Virus record (IMG/VR): IMGVR_UViG_3300014885_000012
Coordinates: 1 to 27,955 of that record
Strand: one strand, 5' to 3'
DNA: 27,955 bases
Source of the DNA: a virus
Lineage: Duplodnaviria > Caudoviricetes
In this document: positions 17,156-25,600 of the stretch, in pieces
Numbering within the stretch: the stretch's first letter is position 1
Layout: every line of letters starts with the position of its first letter
Program-made: the position numbers and the translations under genes
The notes under the pieces: model-generated
Databases searched by the model: none
Told to the model about the DNA's origin: nothing
Seen by the model: only the letters and a program-made list of their open reading frames with translations

Positions 17156-17639
17156 GATCAACTGCCTTAAAGCCCAACTGGTCAAGATACGTTTGGGCAA
17201 ATACAAGTGTGCGCTTATGGGCCGAATACTTCAAGCCATACTCAATGTGGGCTTGTTGGGCCGTTGGGGGTGCGCCTTGGCTCATACAAGCTACATACCA
17301 AGCTACATGCTCTGGCAGCACTGACTGGGGGGGCCTGCTAAAACTGATACCATCTTGTAGGGTAGGAGTATCAACGCAAAAACCACCCATAATATATATG
17401 ACCGGCATCTCAGTAATATCTAACAGTACATGTGTAAACTCATCTATTACCAAAATATGGCAATCCCCATTTTTGTCTGTAATGTTCCAGTGTTCTCCCT
17501 CACCATCTAGCACACCACTCACCTTGTCTGGTACGGGTTGCCCACTTACAACATCAACAACTATCTTACTGAGAAGCACCTGTTTACCCATAAGAGCGTT
17601 TAATACCAACTTAACGTTACTGTACATAAAATCCTCCAT
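17136..17639 (-). CDS. Hypothetical soluble protein, 167 aa, downstream of the FtsK-like gene
   Basis: ORF overlaps both neighbours; GGAGG precedes the second Met. Confidence 0.7.
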   Translation of the reverse strand: MEDFMYSNVKLVLNALMGKQVLLSKIVVDVVSGQPVPDKVSGVLDGEGEHWNITDKNGDCHILVIDEFTHVLLDITEMPVIYIMGGFCVDTPTLQDGISFSRPPQSVLPEHVAWYVACMSQGAPPTAQQAHIEYGLKYSAHKRTLVFAQTYLDQLGFKAVDHEERAG

Positions 17640-19017
17640 TCTTCTTAAGTTCTTCTAAATACTTTAACTGTTCCATTACAAATTTCTCGTTCCTTTTGTG
17701 GCCCACATACTTCAAGTTAAGGTGCGTCTCTGCCAGGTCTTTAGTGACAGGTGGCTCGCCATACAAAGCACGATACAGATAGAAGGCAGAGCTACGTGGG
17801 TCTGCTGCTATAGTTGGTCTGCCATTCTTATTTACGGTTATGTCCTCAAAGAAGCCATCATCTATGTGGTTATCGAACACAACCGGCACGTCATCAGACT
17901 TGTTAAGCCGCCCATAGTAGCTATCAGGCACAAGAGCCACCTGGAAACGCACACTCTCCGGCCCCTTTACGTGCTTAAAGTCACCCTCTCCGGCCAGCCG
18001 GTGCAAACCAGCGCCTCCCTCGATAGAGCCGGAGCTAGAAGCATCCGGCATGCGTCCGAGGAAGCGGTTGCCTAGCCCTTTACGCACAGCGCCGATACTG
18101 GGGGCATCTGGAACGTGTGTACCTATAATGAGGTTTATCTTCCAGTGCCGCCCCGTGTTCACGATGTCAAGTACACGCTCCTCATTCTCCTTGTCGCCAA
18201 GCACATGCTCTCTATCAGCCTCATCTATGACCAACACCCATTGGCGTTCATTCTTTAGTTTCAATGCTTCCCGGCGCTTGAACTCAGTGTGAACGTGCTG
18301 GATGACAGACTTAATCTCATCACCATCTGTAGCGATCTTCCACAAAAGATGTTCCTCATCGGCAAACCCATCATAATCGCCCTCTGGGTCGCAGATAGCA
18401 ACTCCCATCTCCTCCACCGAGTAGGACACCATAAGCTGAAAGACAATCGTCTTTAGTAACTCAGTCTTACCGGAGCCGGTCATACCGCACACCAGGGTAT
18501 GTGGAGCGCCAGCAGAGAAGCCAAAGTAAACCAGGTGGCCGCTTGCCATCGCCCCAACCGCCAGGCTTTGTCCCATAAATGCCTCGGCATCCAGGGAGAT
18601 GTCTGACCACAATTTTACCGGGGTCTGCAACCCCAGTGGCCGGGCCTCTTTGGGCAAGGCATAGTAATATAGTACCCACCCGCCCTGAACCACAACGTCA
18701 ATAGGCGCTTCTTTCTTACCGGAGCCTAGACCAGCAGCATAGGCAATCTCGTTGGTCAAGCCAATGGCTTTACTAAGGTCAGTGGTGCGGCTGACCCGCA
18801 CAAAGAACCCAATAAAGCGCGGGGCGATCTTTGGCCCCTCTACCTTGGCAACTGCAATGCGATGCTGGTTAAGGGCTACGATTGTCCCCTGGCGCAGCCG
18901 CCGACATAGGCCCGACTGAATGTTGTTTCTGTAGTCCTCTATGGATGTTGGCCTGGCCTCTGCTACGGCCATATTTGATTTACTGGCTATCAGACCCGAA
19001 AAGGGGTTTCTCACCAA
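17617..19017 (-). CDS. FtsK/SpoIIIE-family (TraB-like) DNA translocase ATPase, 466 aa, without TM domain
   Basis: APHTLVCGMTGSGKT (Walker A), ICDP, LVIDEAD (Walker B), GRHWKINLIIGTH, LAGEGD. The N-terminus resembles the FtsK alpha domain (GPKIAPRF...LTNEIAYAAG). Confidence 0.9.
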   Translation of the reverse strand: MVRNPFSGLIASKSNMAVAEARPTSIEDYRNNIQSGLCRRLRQGTIVALNQHRIAVAKVEGPKIAPRFIGFFVRVSRTTDLSKAIGLTNEIAYAAGLGSGKKEAPIDVVVQGGWVLYYYALPKEARPLGLQTPVKLWSDISLDAEAFMGQSLAVGAMASGHLVYFGFSAGAPHTLVCGMTGSGKTELLKTIVFQLMVSYSVEEMGVAICDPEGDYDGFADEEHLLWKIATDGDEIKSVIQHVHTEFKRREALKLKNERQWVLVIDEADREHVLGDKENEERVLDIVNTGRHWKINLIIGTHVPDAPSIGAVRKGLGNRFLGRMPDASSSGSIEGGAGLHRLAGEGDFKHVKGPESVRFQVALVPDSYYGRLNKSDDVPVVFDNHIDDGFFEDITVNKNGRPTIAADPRSSAFYLYRALYGEPPVTKDLAETHLNLKYVGHKRNEKFVMEQLKYLEELKKNGGFYVQ

Positions 19018-19226
19018 TCTCCCCCATCACATTCAATATCAATGGTATCAACCTCATAATCCGGGTCAACGCCACCACCAAAACTTCTCATGACGCGCTG
19101 ACCATTTTCTTTCCTCATAACGCAGAGCGTACCATTGGCGGCGTAGAGCCATAATGACTCCGGCCAGTGGTGAACAACTTTCTTTAATAGCTTAATCGCT
19201 AACTCTTCTTGTTTCGTTAGTTTCAT
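19011..19226 (-). CDS. Small hypothetical phage protein, 71 aa
   Basis: RBS AGGAG; WPESLWLYAANG...DGGDW. Confidence 0.75.
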   Translation of the reverse strand: MKLTKQEELAIKLLKKVVHHWPESLWLYAANGTLCVMRKENGQRVMRSFGGGVDPDYEVDTIDIECDGGDW

Positions 19227-19235
19227 CTTAGCTCC

Positions 19236-19634
19236 TTAATAACGGCGGCACTCCCCATCAACAACCTCTGCTGGTAACTGTGCGGTATACTCACGCTGTA
19301 ATTGAATGTATTGCTCAACTGCCGCCAGCAACTCAGGCCGGGTCATGCGTGGTAATTGGTGCGGTGGCTGCTGGTACACGATAGTCTGTTGTGGCCGCCT
19401 GGCCCACACAATAAAACCAATACCGAAGATCACACCCACAATGGTTGTCCCAACTACCATAAGAACGGGTATCATTGCCATTTGCCGGGTAGCTGCCGCA
19501 TCTGCATCTGCTTGCCTCTCAATGGCGTATGCCCTAGCCTCTGCCATGCGCCTATCACCAGCAGATGAGTTGTAGGCAACCACGCCCACCCACAATAGAA
19601 CAGCAGCGACTATAGCCAATAAAAATGCTTGCAT
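19236..19634 (-). CDS. Two-TM membrane protein, 132 aa
   Basis: RBS GGAGG; TM, Ala/Arg helical loop, TM, Gln/Pro tail. Confidence 0.8.
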   Translation of the reverse strand: MQAFLLAIVAAVLLWVGVVAYNSSAGDRRMAEARAYAIERQADADAAATRQMAMIPVLMVVGTTIVGVIFGIGFIVWARRPQQTIVYQQPPHQLPRMTRPELLAAVEQYIQLQREYTAQLPAEVVDGECRRY

Positions 19635-19643
19635 GTTATCCTC

Positions 19644-19955
19644 CTAACCAAATACTTGTTCAACCACTCGCCGTAGGGGGCTTTTTGGGTCTGGGGTGGG
19701 GTCCCTCTCTAAGTACCAGACATTATATAAGTCCATAACACTCTTGGCTAGGTCAACATCTGGTGTGGTAAAGCCTACATAGCCAGATAGGATTGACATG
19801 CCCGGCAATAACCTTTGCATCAACCACCCACCAAAATCATCTATTGGGCCTGGGTCATCCCCCCTGGTAACATCCCCTATAGAGACACCATAAGTTACCA
19901 AGACTTCATATAGCCAGCTATCCCATATATGCTTATATACTGTGAACATCGGCAT
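19644..19955 (-). CDS. Hypothetical protein, 103 aa
   Basis: ORF overlapping the upstream gene; co-oriented. Confidence 0.7.
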   Translation of the reverse strand: MPMFTVYKHIWDSWLYEVLVTYGVSIGDVTRGDDPGPIDDFGGWLMQRLLPGMSILSGYVGFTTPDVDLAKSVMDLYNVWYLERDPTPDPKSPLRRVVEQVFG

Positions 19956-20133
19956 CCTCGATCACCCACACTCGCCGGTCATTGCGTAAAATCCACCGTG
20001 TCTTGCCCACATCTGAGATGAGGACTACCCAATGCAGCGTGACCTTATATACTTGCCAAGGCACAAAATGCCCTATCAACTTTACTTTCTGGCCTTTTGT
20101 TAGGTCTTTGGTTTCAACTTGTTTTGGTTCCAT
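19933..20133 (-). CDS. Small beta-rich (SH3-barrel-like) protein, 66 aa
   Basis: DLTKGQKV pattern; overlaps both neighbours. Confidence 0.6.
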   Translation of the reverse strand: MEPKQVETKDLTKGQKVKLIGHFVPWQVYKVTLHWVVLISDVGKTRWILRNDRRVWVIEDADVHSI

Positions 20134-21205
20134 TAGTATGTTCCTTAAGTTCCTTGTGTGCCTTTGAGTGGGCGCTCAGTGCGTTCTTGGTGAGGAACGT
20201 AGCGGGGCAGTGCTCACATCTAAATTGCTCCTGCACTTCCTCAGCACGCTCCACTATTTCTGGCTGTGCTTCCAGCACCGCTAACTCTGCTACCTTAGAA
20301 ATGTGAGCACGCAACACATCGTTCAAAGCGAACCACTCCCCACGCATACGCTGCTTTGAAAATGCTTTGTGTGCCTCTGCCTCATGCTCCCCATACTCCC
20401 AACCCGCTACCACAATTGGACTAGCGATACCAACTTGAAAGTCCCTCGCTCGTTGCACTAAATTGCGCGTTGTACCGATCTTGATAGCATTGGGCAAGTC
20501 TCCTTGAATATAATACACCACGCTTTTACCCGCTTCCGGCCAAATAGGAATCGCTGCCAATCGCTCAACAGGCGCTAACTGTGCTTTGAGTTGCGCCACT
20601 TCTTCGCTTTCTTTTTCTTCTCTCTGCTCTTTGCGTGCCTGTGCTTTTGTCTCTTGCGCTGCTCTGCGCTGCTTAGCACGCTCCTCAGATTCTCGCCGCG
20701 CTTCTAGCGAAACAACCTCGCTAGTAATAAAAACTAATAGCGAAATCATAGCGGTTGCCAGTAGCCAAGTTATACCTTGAAGTGGGTCTAGCATTGTTAA
20801 TTGAGATACTGTAAGCTCTCTACCAGAGCTAGTATAATACCCCTCCATAACATTAGCCATACCAGATACAGCCAGGGTAAAAACCAACCCAAACCACATT
20901 TTCCAATCCTGCACCATGCTTGCCTTATATAAGGCAATTCTCACAGTAATTAAGACCACCATACCCTCAATACCGAGGCCAGCGACCCACCCCACCCACC
21001 AAGGGTCAACGTATCTTGATAGGAGAGTTGACGTATGAACGTAAGTATACCCCAACAAACAAAGAAGAAATATAAGTATCCACCCAAATAGCCTCCATGC
21101 AAGAAAGACTCTCCATCCTCCCGGCTCCTTAAAGCTAAGCGCCCTATCTTGCATGTTTGCTAATGTTCTTAAAGGCTCAACTAATATTTCATTTTCCTTT
21201 TTCAT
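20114..21205 (-). CDS. Fusion protein, 363 aa: DUF2637/Spd-like 4-TM domain, coiled coil, T5orf172-type GIY-YIG domain, C2H2 zinc finger
   Basis: TM block with YVH...WWVGWVAGLGIEG...SGMANV; VVYYIQ...IKIGTT..LVQR...HKAF...RGEWF; FRCEHCPATFLTKNALSAHSKAH. Confidence 0.8.
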   Translation of the reverse strand: MKKENEILVEPLRTLANMQDRALSFKEPGGWRVFLAWRLFGWILIFLLCLLGYTYVHTSTLLSRYVDPWWVGWVAGLGIEGMVVLITVRIALYKASMVQDWKMWFGLVFTLAVSGMANVMEGYYTSSGRELTVSQLTMLDPLQGITWLLATAMISLLVFITSEVVSLEARRESEERAKQRRAAQETKAQARKEQREEKESEEVAQLKAQLAPVERLAAIPIWPEAGKSVVYYIQGDLPNAIKIGTTRNLVQRARDFQVGIASPIVVAGWEYGEHEAEAHKAFSKQRMRGEWFALNDVLRAHISKVAELAVLEAQPEIVERAEEVQEQFRCEHCPATFLTKNALSAHSKAHKELKEHTNGTKTS

Positions 21206-21411
21206 TGTACATCCCCCGCTTGTAATGATAACTCCACAAGCCTGAACACTAGCGCAAAGGTAATGGTAATGCCCCCGGCCAGGGCAGCAAACACCTGGTT
21301 CTCAGGCGCTACAGTAAATAGGAAGTAGGCACAAATCCCGTTCAATAAGAGGAATAGATTAGTCCCTACTACTAACTTGTTATGGTACATACGTGTTGTA
21401 AGTCGTGACAT
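21202..21411 (-). CDS. Small two-TM membrane protein, 69 aa (start revised to ATG 21411)
   Basis: AGGAG RBS before MSRLTT; two hydrophobic helices; ATGA-coupled to the next gene. Confidence 0.7.
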   Translation of the reverse strand: MSRLTTRMYHNKLVVGTNLFLLLNGICAYFLFTVAPENQVFAALAGGITITFALVFRLVELSLQAGDVQ

Positions 21412-21421
21412 AAAAAAACTC

Positions 21422-21685
21422 CTACTTTTCCTTAATGTATCGCAGCAGATCAGGCATATTAACCAACCACTGGCCCCGCTTTCCCTCTGGGCCAATCCGT
21501 ATGGCCTGCACTCGCTTCTCTACGATTAGTCGCCGTATCCAATACGTAGTGTACGGCACACGCCTATCATCTGCGGCTTCTTTGATGGTCTTATAGTCCT
21601 CAATCGGGGTGACTGGCATAGTTGGGAATTGTAGCATAGGCATAATATTGTGGCAAATCATTTCTTCTTTTTCTTTTTCTTGCAT
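21422..21685 (-). CDS. Excisionase/MerR-like HTH DNA-binding protein
   Basis: YKTIKEAA...WIRRLI..RVQAIRIG...QWLV...LLRYI fits the Xis/HTH_17 pattern. Confidence 0.8.
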   Translation of the reverse strand: MQEKEKEEMICHNIMPMLQFPTMPVTPIEDYKTIKEAADDRRVPYTTYWIRRLIVEKRVQAIRIGPEGKRGQWLVNMPDLLRYIKEK

Positions 21686-21706
21686 GGCCTCTGTACCCCG
21701 GTGGGC

Positions 21707-21973
21707 CTACCTCTGACTCGCTTTTTGTATCCCGGTTTTGGTCGCTTTATGGTCATCCCCACCCTCTTGCAAGAAGTTTGAAAACCACTTTAGGGCCATT
21801 TCTGTGAAGTATGATCTGCTATTGCCCCATAAATAGGCGCTATGGCGCTTCCGCACCCTATCCATCTCCTCGACAACGGAGACTGGCAAGTTGAGATGCA
21901 CTTCGCGCATGGGGACATCTGCGCTTCTTGACTCTTCTGGGTATAGCAAATTAGTCACGTGGTGGCCTATCAT
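21707..21973 (-). CDS. Ribbon-helix-helix-like regulator, 88 aa
   Basis: VHLNLPVSVVEEMDRVRK...SRSYFTEMALKWF. Confidence 0.7.
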   Translation of the reverse strand: MIGHHVTNLLYPEESRSADVPMREVHLNLPVSVVEEMDRVRKRHSAYLWGNSRSYFTEMALKWFSNFLQEGGDDHKATKTGIQKASQR

Positions 21974-22172
21974 CTAGTTCTTCCTGGGTGATACGGCAAA
22001 TGGCTTGTGGTTCCCCCCAAGCCTTGATGCCCGCCTCTTTGAGTTCCTTGATAAATAGGTTCAACTCATCCCAGTTCTCAAAGAGTTGGTGATACCAATC
22101 ATCCTGATTGTTAGCTACCCCCACCACCACATTTCGCCTTACATACACGTCATGAACGGAATTACCCCTCAT
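21951..22172 (-). CDS. Hypothetical protein, 73 aa
   Basis: RBS GAGGAG; co-oriented. Confidence 0.7.
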   Translation of the reverse strand: MRGNSVHDVYVRRNVVVGVANNQDDWYHQLFENWDELNLFIKELKEAGIKAWGEPQAICRITQEELDDRPPRD

Positions 22173-22183
22173 TTTTTGTCTCC

Positions 22184-22456
22184 TCAGTCATCTAGTTTTC
22201 CCTCTACCCAGTCCAAAAGGTTGACCCCGTTCGACTTTTCACGCACTTTTCGCATGATGATCTCACTATAGTACAGGATGGCCGCCCGGTAAAAGGCCGA
22301 TGTCTCTCCCTGGCCCTCTCGCTCGCTCTTAAACTGGAACTCTGGGTCGTTCAGTATCTTGCTGAACGTCATCGCCAGGTTTGCAAACGCCAATTGACGA
22401 GGCGTTAGCTTGGTTGCCGCTGCCTCAGAGTATTTTTCTTTGCTATTTGTATTCAT
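22184..22456 (-). CDS. Hypothetical protein, 90 aa, possibly RHH-like (start revised to ATG 22456)
   Basis: AAGGAG RBS before MNTNS; first gene after tandem promoters. Confidence 0.7.
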   Translation of the reverse strand: MNTNSKEKYSEAAATKLTPRQLAFANLAMTFSKILNDPEFQFKSEREGQGETSAFYRAAILYYSEIIMRKVREKSNGVNLLDWVEGKLDD

Positions 22457-22494
22457 TCTTTTCTCCTTAAGATTATTACTCACTTCTTAGAGAC

Positions 22495-22523
22495 AGTATA
22501 CCACATATTTAGTTTACTGTCTA
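22495..22523 (-). promoter_or_regulatory. Sigma70-type promoter
   Basis: TAGACA-17-TATACT with TG extension. Confidence 0.75.
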
Positions 22524-22567
22524 CCTGTTTTTCTAGTCAGTTTGCCTTAAAATCTTTAATTCATAGA

Positions 22568-22595
22568 AGTTTAGCACGTATTTTCTGTTTGTCAA
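22568..22595 (-). promoter_or_regulatory. Sigma70-type promoter (upstream tandem)
   Basis: TTGACA-16-TAAACT with TG extension. Confidence 0.6.
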
Positions 22596-22628
22596 GTGGT
22601 TTGGGTGTCACATAATGAGCCAAAAGTA

Positions 22629-23210
22629 TCATTCTTGCTCTCCCCATTCCCTTATTCGATGGCAATTAGCACATAGAAGCACACATTTAGATGCTTCTTG
22701 CTCTAGTTTCTCAAATGACATGTTACGTATCATCTTTGCCAGGGTAAATTTCTTGTCTTTAGGTTCCAAATGGTGAAAGTCATACACATAGGGAGGGAAA
22801 ACCCCACCACAATCCGCACATTTGCCCCCCATTTTCTCGATCAATGCTTTTTTTCGAGAGATTGTGCGAGTTCTACCCCATTTATTATACTGCTCTCGCG
22901 TCACTTCACCTGGTTGGTAGGGTTTACACTCCCCACATGTCTTTAATCCTGGTCGTGGTGGTCTACTGCCGCATGTAGAACACATACCATTCTGTGTCCA
23001 CCTTTGTCTGCGCCTCTGCATCCTAAGTCGCTCATCCCCTGTAGGTCTTTTGTAGCCGTTCTTTTTTCTATTCTCATAGTGCCTTTTATTGTCACACACC
23101 TTGCAGTAGCTTTTCAGGTAATTACGCGATGGGTTTATACCGCCCCTTTTGTAAAAATCTGATAGCAATTTTGTTTCTCCACACTTAACACATGTTTTAT
23201 ATTCGCTCAT
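22629..23210 (-). CDS. HNH endonuclease with multiple CxxC zinc motifs, 193 aa
   Basis: CVKC/CKVC, CSTC/CGEC, CADC...DFHHLEP...LLCANCHR. Confidence 0.9.
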   Translation of the reverse strand: MSEYKTCVKCGETKLLSDFYKRGGINPSRNYLKSYCKVCDNKRHYENRKKNGYKRPTGDERLRMQRRRQRWTQNGMCSTCGSRPPRPGLKTCGECKPYQPGEVTREQYNKWGRTRTISRKKALIEKMGGKCADCGGVFPPYVYDFHHLEPKDKKFTLAKMIRNMSFEKLEQEASKCVLLCANCHRIREWGEQE

Positions 23211-23377
23211 TTTGCCTTTTGTTTAGTGCTTGTTTAGTGCGTGTAAACATGCTCATCTACCCACGTGAAAACCACATGAGTCGTGTTTTAGCCTATAAAT
23301 GCTTGAAAAACAGACTTTATAGAAGCCCCACCATAGTTTTTGCAAGCACCCACAAGCGCACGATTAACTACATATAC

Positions 23378-23406
23378 AGTATACCATAGTTCTGGTTTCT
23401 TGTCAA
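23378..23406 (-). promoter_or_regulatory. Sigma70-type promoter (leftward)
   Basis: TTGACA-17-TATACT with TG extension. Confidence 0.8.
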
Positions 23407-23859
23407 GTGGGCACACCTACGTATATGCTGGTAAATTTTTTGTAGTTTTTTATGCGAAAGAGGGAAGTTCGGTTCGCTCTATTCGTAAAATTCTCGGAGA
23501 CGCTAACACTAACACTAGCACTACCTTCTGGAACCACTCCCTCTACTCTCCCCATCCCCTACTCACACCCACACACACGCCACTCTCACTGCCGATTGCC
23601 CACCCACTCCATCGGCCACCCATACTACACGCACGCCCCGCATAGACACATACATAACCACCGCCGACGTATACCACCATTGCCCCGACGTGAGCCGCCA
23701 CACGAGCAACACAGTACAATATACCACTAGCTCAGTTAATCGCCTACGTAAGCGCTTACCTTGCGCCTGGTGAACAACTAGAGGTATACCCTGGCGCACG
23801 TAAATAGGCCGCCGAATATACCTAGATAATCTATCGGCAAAAGGTACTATAAAAACCTA

Positions 23860-23888
23860 TTGACAGTAGACTAAACGGGTGGTATACT
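23860..23888 (+). promoter_or_regulatory. Strong sigma70-type early promoter (rightward)
   Basis: TTGACA-17-TATACT, TG extension and an A-rich upstream element, 43 nt before the first plus-strand gene. Confidence 0.85.
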
Positions 23889-23931
23889 AGACACATAGAA
23901 TAAAAGTTTACAGACGAGTAAGGGAACAAGA

Positions 23932-24456
23932 ATGTACACCCTACAGTTAGCAGAAACAAAACAACACATTGATAGCAGATTAGGCGAATGGCTAACTTTT
24001 GGCCCAGATAACCAGTACCTTTTGTTTTATGGTCTACACGGGGATGAGCAGGGCCAACTGTTTGACCAACACAAAAACCCCCTCACCTACATTGACCTGC
24101 TAGCCAAAGTACCAGCCAACATTGAAAAAGTTTTCATTGCCCCCTGCTTTCCTGCTCTTGTTGCCAGCCAGGCACACCCAGAAAACATCGAAGTATTAGG
24201 ATACTGGACATGGCCCACGTGTATTGAAACTTGGGATAACGCACTACACATCTGTGGATACTTTGCCGATGATTACTTAACTGACAAAGCAAGTGCTTTA
24301 TGGCAATCGGTTGAACGCGGCGAATTAGAAGAAGAAGAGGCAATGGATACCGAACAAGAACTATTCGATACATTCTATCCTGAAAACTTGGATGACCTGG
24401 AAGATACACCACTACTGGATTATGCAATGGGTACCTATGAAAGTGAGGATTACTAA
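23932..24456 (+). CDS. Acidic early protein, 174 aa
   Basis: First gene after the promoter; strongly Asp/Glu-rich C-terminus. Confidence 0.8.
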   Translation: MYTLQLAETKQHIDSRLGEWLTFGPDNQYLLFYGLHGDEQGQLFDQHKNPLTYIDLLAKVPANIEKVFIAPCFPALVASQAHPENIEVLGYWTWPTCIETWDNALHICGYFADDYLTDKASALWQSVERGELEEEEAMDTEQELFDTFYPENLDDLEDTPLLDYAMGTYESEDY

Positions 24457-24584
24457 TGGAAAGACTACAGCAGATAGCCAAGCATATGGAAGATACGCTG
24501 AAGATTGCCGAGATAAACAACATTCAGCTCGCCGACAAAGAGACAGTAGAAAAGATTATCGAGAAAATCAAGGGGATAAAATGA
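24456..24584 (+). CDS. Small protein, 42 aa (not in ORF track)
   Basis: MERLQQIAKHMEDTLKIAEINNIQLADKETVEKIIEKIKGIK; GAGG RBS, TAATG coupling upstream and ATGA coupling downstream. Confidence 0.7.
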   Translation: MERLQQIAKHMEDTLKIAEINNIQLADKETVEKIIEKIKGIK

Positions 24585-24745
24585 ATACCTACTTACTGAC
24601 AATCGTTAAGGGAAAGACCGCCAGCCAATTAAAGATCAAGGCGCAGAACTCCGGCCAGGCAAAAGCAAAGGTATCACCCCACGTCATTCACGATACCATC
24701 TATGTTGAGCTAGTACTACGGGCCAACAAGGGAAGTCACTTCTAA
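24581..24745 (+). CDS. Small protein, 54 aa (start revised to ATG 24581)
   Basis: AAGGGG RBS before MNTYLLTIVKG. Confidence 0.7.
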   Translation: MNTYLLTIVKGKTASQLKIKAQNSGQAKAKVSPHVIHDTIYVELVLRANKGSHF

Positions 24746-24945
24746 TGAAGTGCTTACGATGTGACCAACCAACAGAGGGGAAGCGATTACTATGTGCGAA
24801 GTGTGCTGGACAAGGCAAACAGCCTGACACGCTTCCACTGCCACCAAAAACTAAACAACAAGCCAGCATAGAAAAAAGCAAGGGAGCAAAACAATGGGAA
24901 AGCAAACAAGTTATAACCGTTTTCAGCGAGTATCGGCCAAAGTAG
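24745..24945 (+). CDS. Small zinc-finger-like protein, 66 aa
   Basis: CLRC...CAKC; TAATG-coupled. Confidence 0.6.
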   Translation: MKCLRCDQPTEGKRLLCAKCAGQGKQPDTLPLPPKTKQQASIEKSKGAKQWESKQVITVFSEYRPK

Positions 24946-25235
24946 ATAACATTTTTGGCGTGGTAAAAATCTATCAGCCAACCTTTGACAAGCTGCTGGA
25001 AAAATTAGCCGCTCTATACCAGAGTAGTGACTATTCCAAACTGACCCGTTATCAACTGGGGTATATTAGGGCAAAGATTGACATGGGGCTACGTGATATT
25101 AGTCAAAATCACCTGGAGTGGCGCGTCACCTACAATGGCAAACTAACCCCAAGCAAAGAAGTACCAGATGGCGAATGGTCAAAGGTAACAGAAGGTAGAC
25201 ATGTTTGGAAGTCTAACCCAGATAGGGTGTACTAA
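24894..25235 (+). CDS. Hypothetical early protein, 113 aa
   Basis: RBS AGGGAG. Confidence 0.75.
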   Translation: MGKQTSYNRFQRVSAKVDNIFGVVKIYQPTFDKLLEKLAALYQSSDYSKLTRYQLGYIRAKIDMGLRDISQNHLEWRVTYNGKLTPSKEVPDGEWSKVTEGRHVWKSNPDRVY

Positions 25236-25378
25236 TGAACTACAGAACAGAGATGTACTTAGAATGTTTGTTCAGAATGGGTACTATGTTGGGGCGGATC
25301 ATCTTTAACCCTAACGTCACCGAGTACAAAAGAGCGTGGTTATTTTACGCATCACTTGCCAAGGTTCGCTATTACTAA
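25235..25378 (+). CDS. Small protein, 47 aa (not in ORF track)
   Basis: MNYRTEMYLECLFRMGTMLGRIIFNPNVTEYKRAWLFYASLAKVRYY; TAATG coupling; fills the gap. Confidence 0.6.
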   Translation: MNYRTEMYLECLFRMGTMLGRIIFNPNVTEYKRAWLFYASLAKVRYY

Positions 25379-25390
25379 GGAGATTAACTA

Positions 25391-25600
25391 ATGGCTACAC
25401 TACTTAAGCACACACCATCAACAATCAAGTCTAACGCAGGACTGGGTAACACGGTCGAGCCAACACACTTCACCGCCACTACCGGGTCAAGACAAACCTA
25501 TCTGGCGTGGCTCAACAGTACAGATCAGCCAACCAAAAAACAAACACGTAAGATCAAAGCAATCAAAATCCTGGACGATGAATTAAGTTTGGAGGATTAA
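25391..25600 (+). CDS. Hypothetical early protein, 69 aa
   Basis: RBS AAGGAG. Confidence 0.7.
   Translation: MATLLKHTPSTIKSNAGLGNTVEPTHFTATTGSRQTYLAWLNSTDQPTKKQTRKIKAIKILDDELSLED

Noticed and set aside
17617-19017. FtsK-like ATPase as the genome packaging motor
   Set aside because: A canonical terminase and portal are present, and the ATPase lies in a separate operon.
21422-21685. Integration/excision module or prophage boundary
   Set aside because: No integrase, att site or host genes are visible; an Xis-like HTH alone is insufficient.
63-22271. Numerous plus-strand ORFs in the track, and short minus-strand ORFs nested in long genes
   Set aside because: They are antisense or off-frame shadows of the coupled minus-strand genes, with no recognisable motifs or RBS.
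23192-23799. ORFs in the divergent intergenic region
   Set aside because: His/Pro/Thr-rich translations of skewed low-complexity DNA that overlap promoters.
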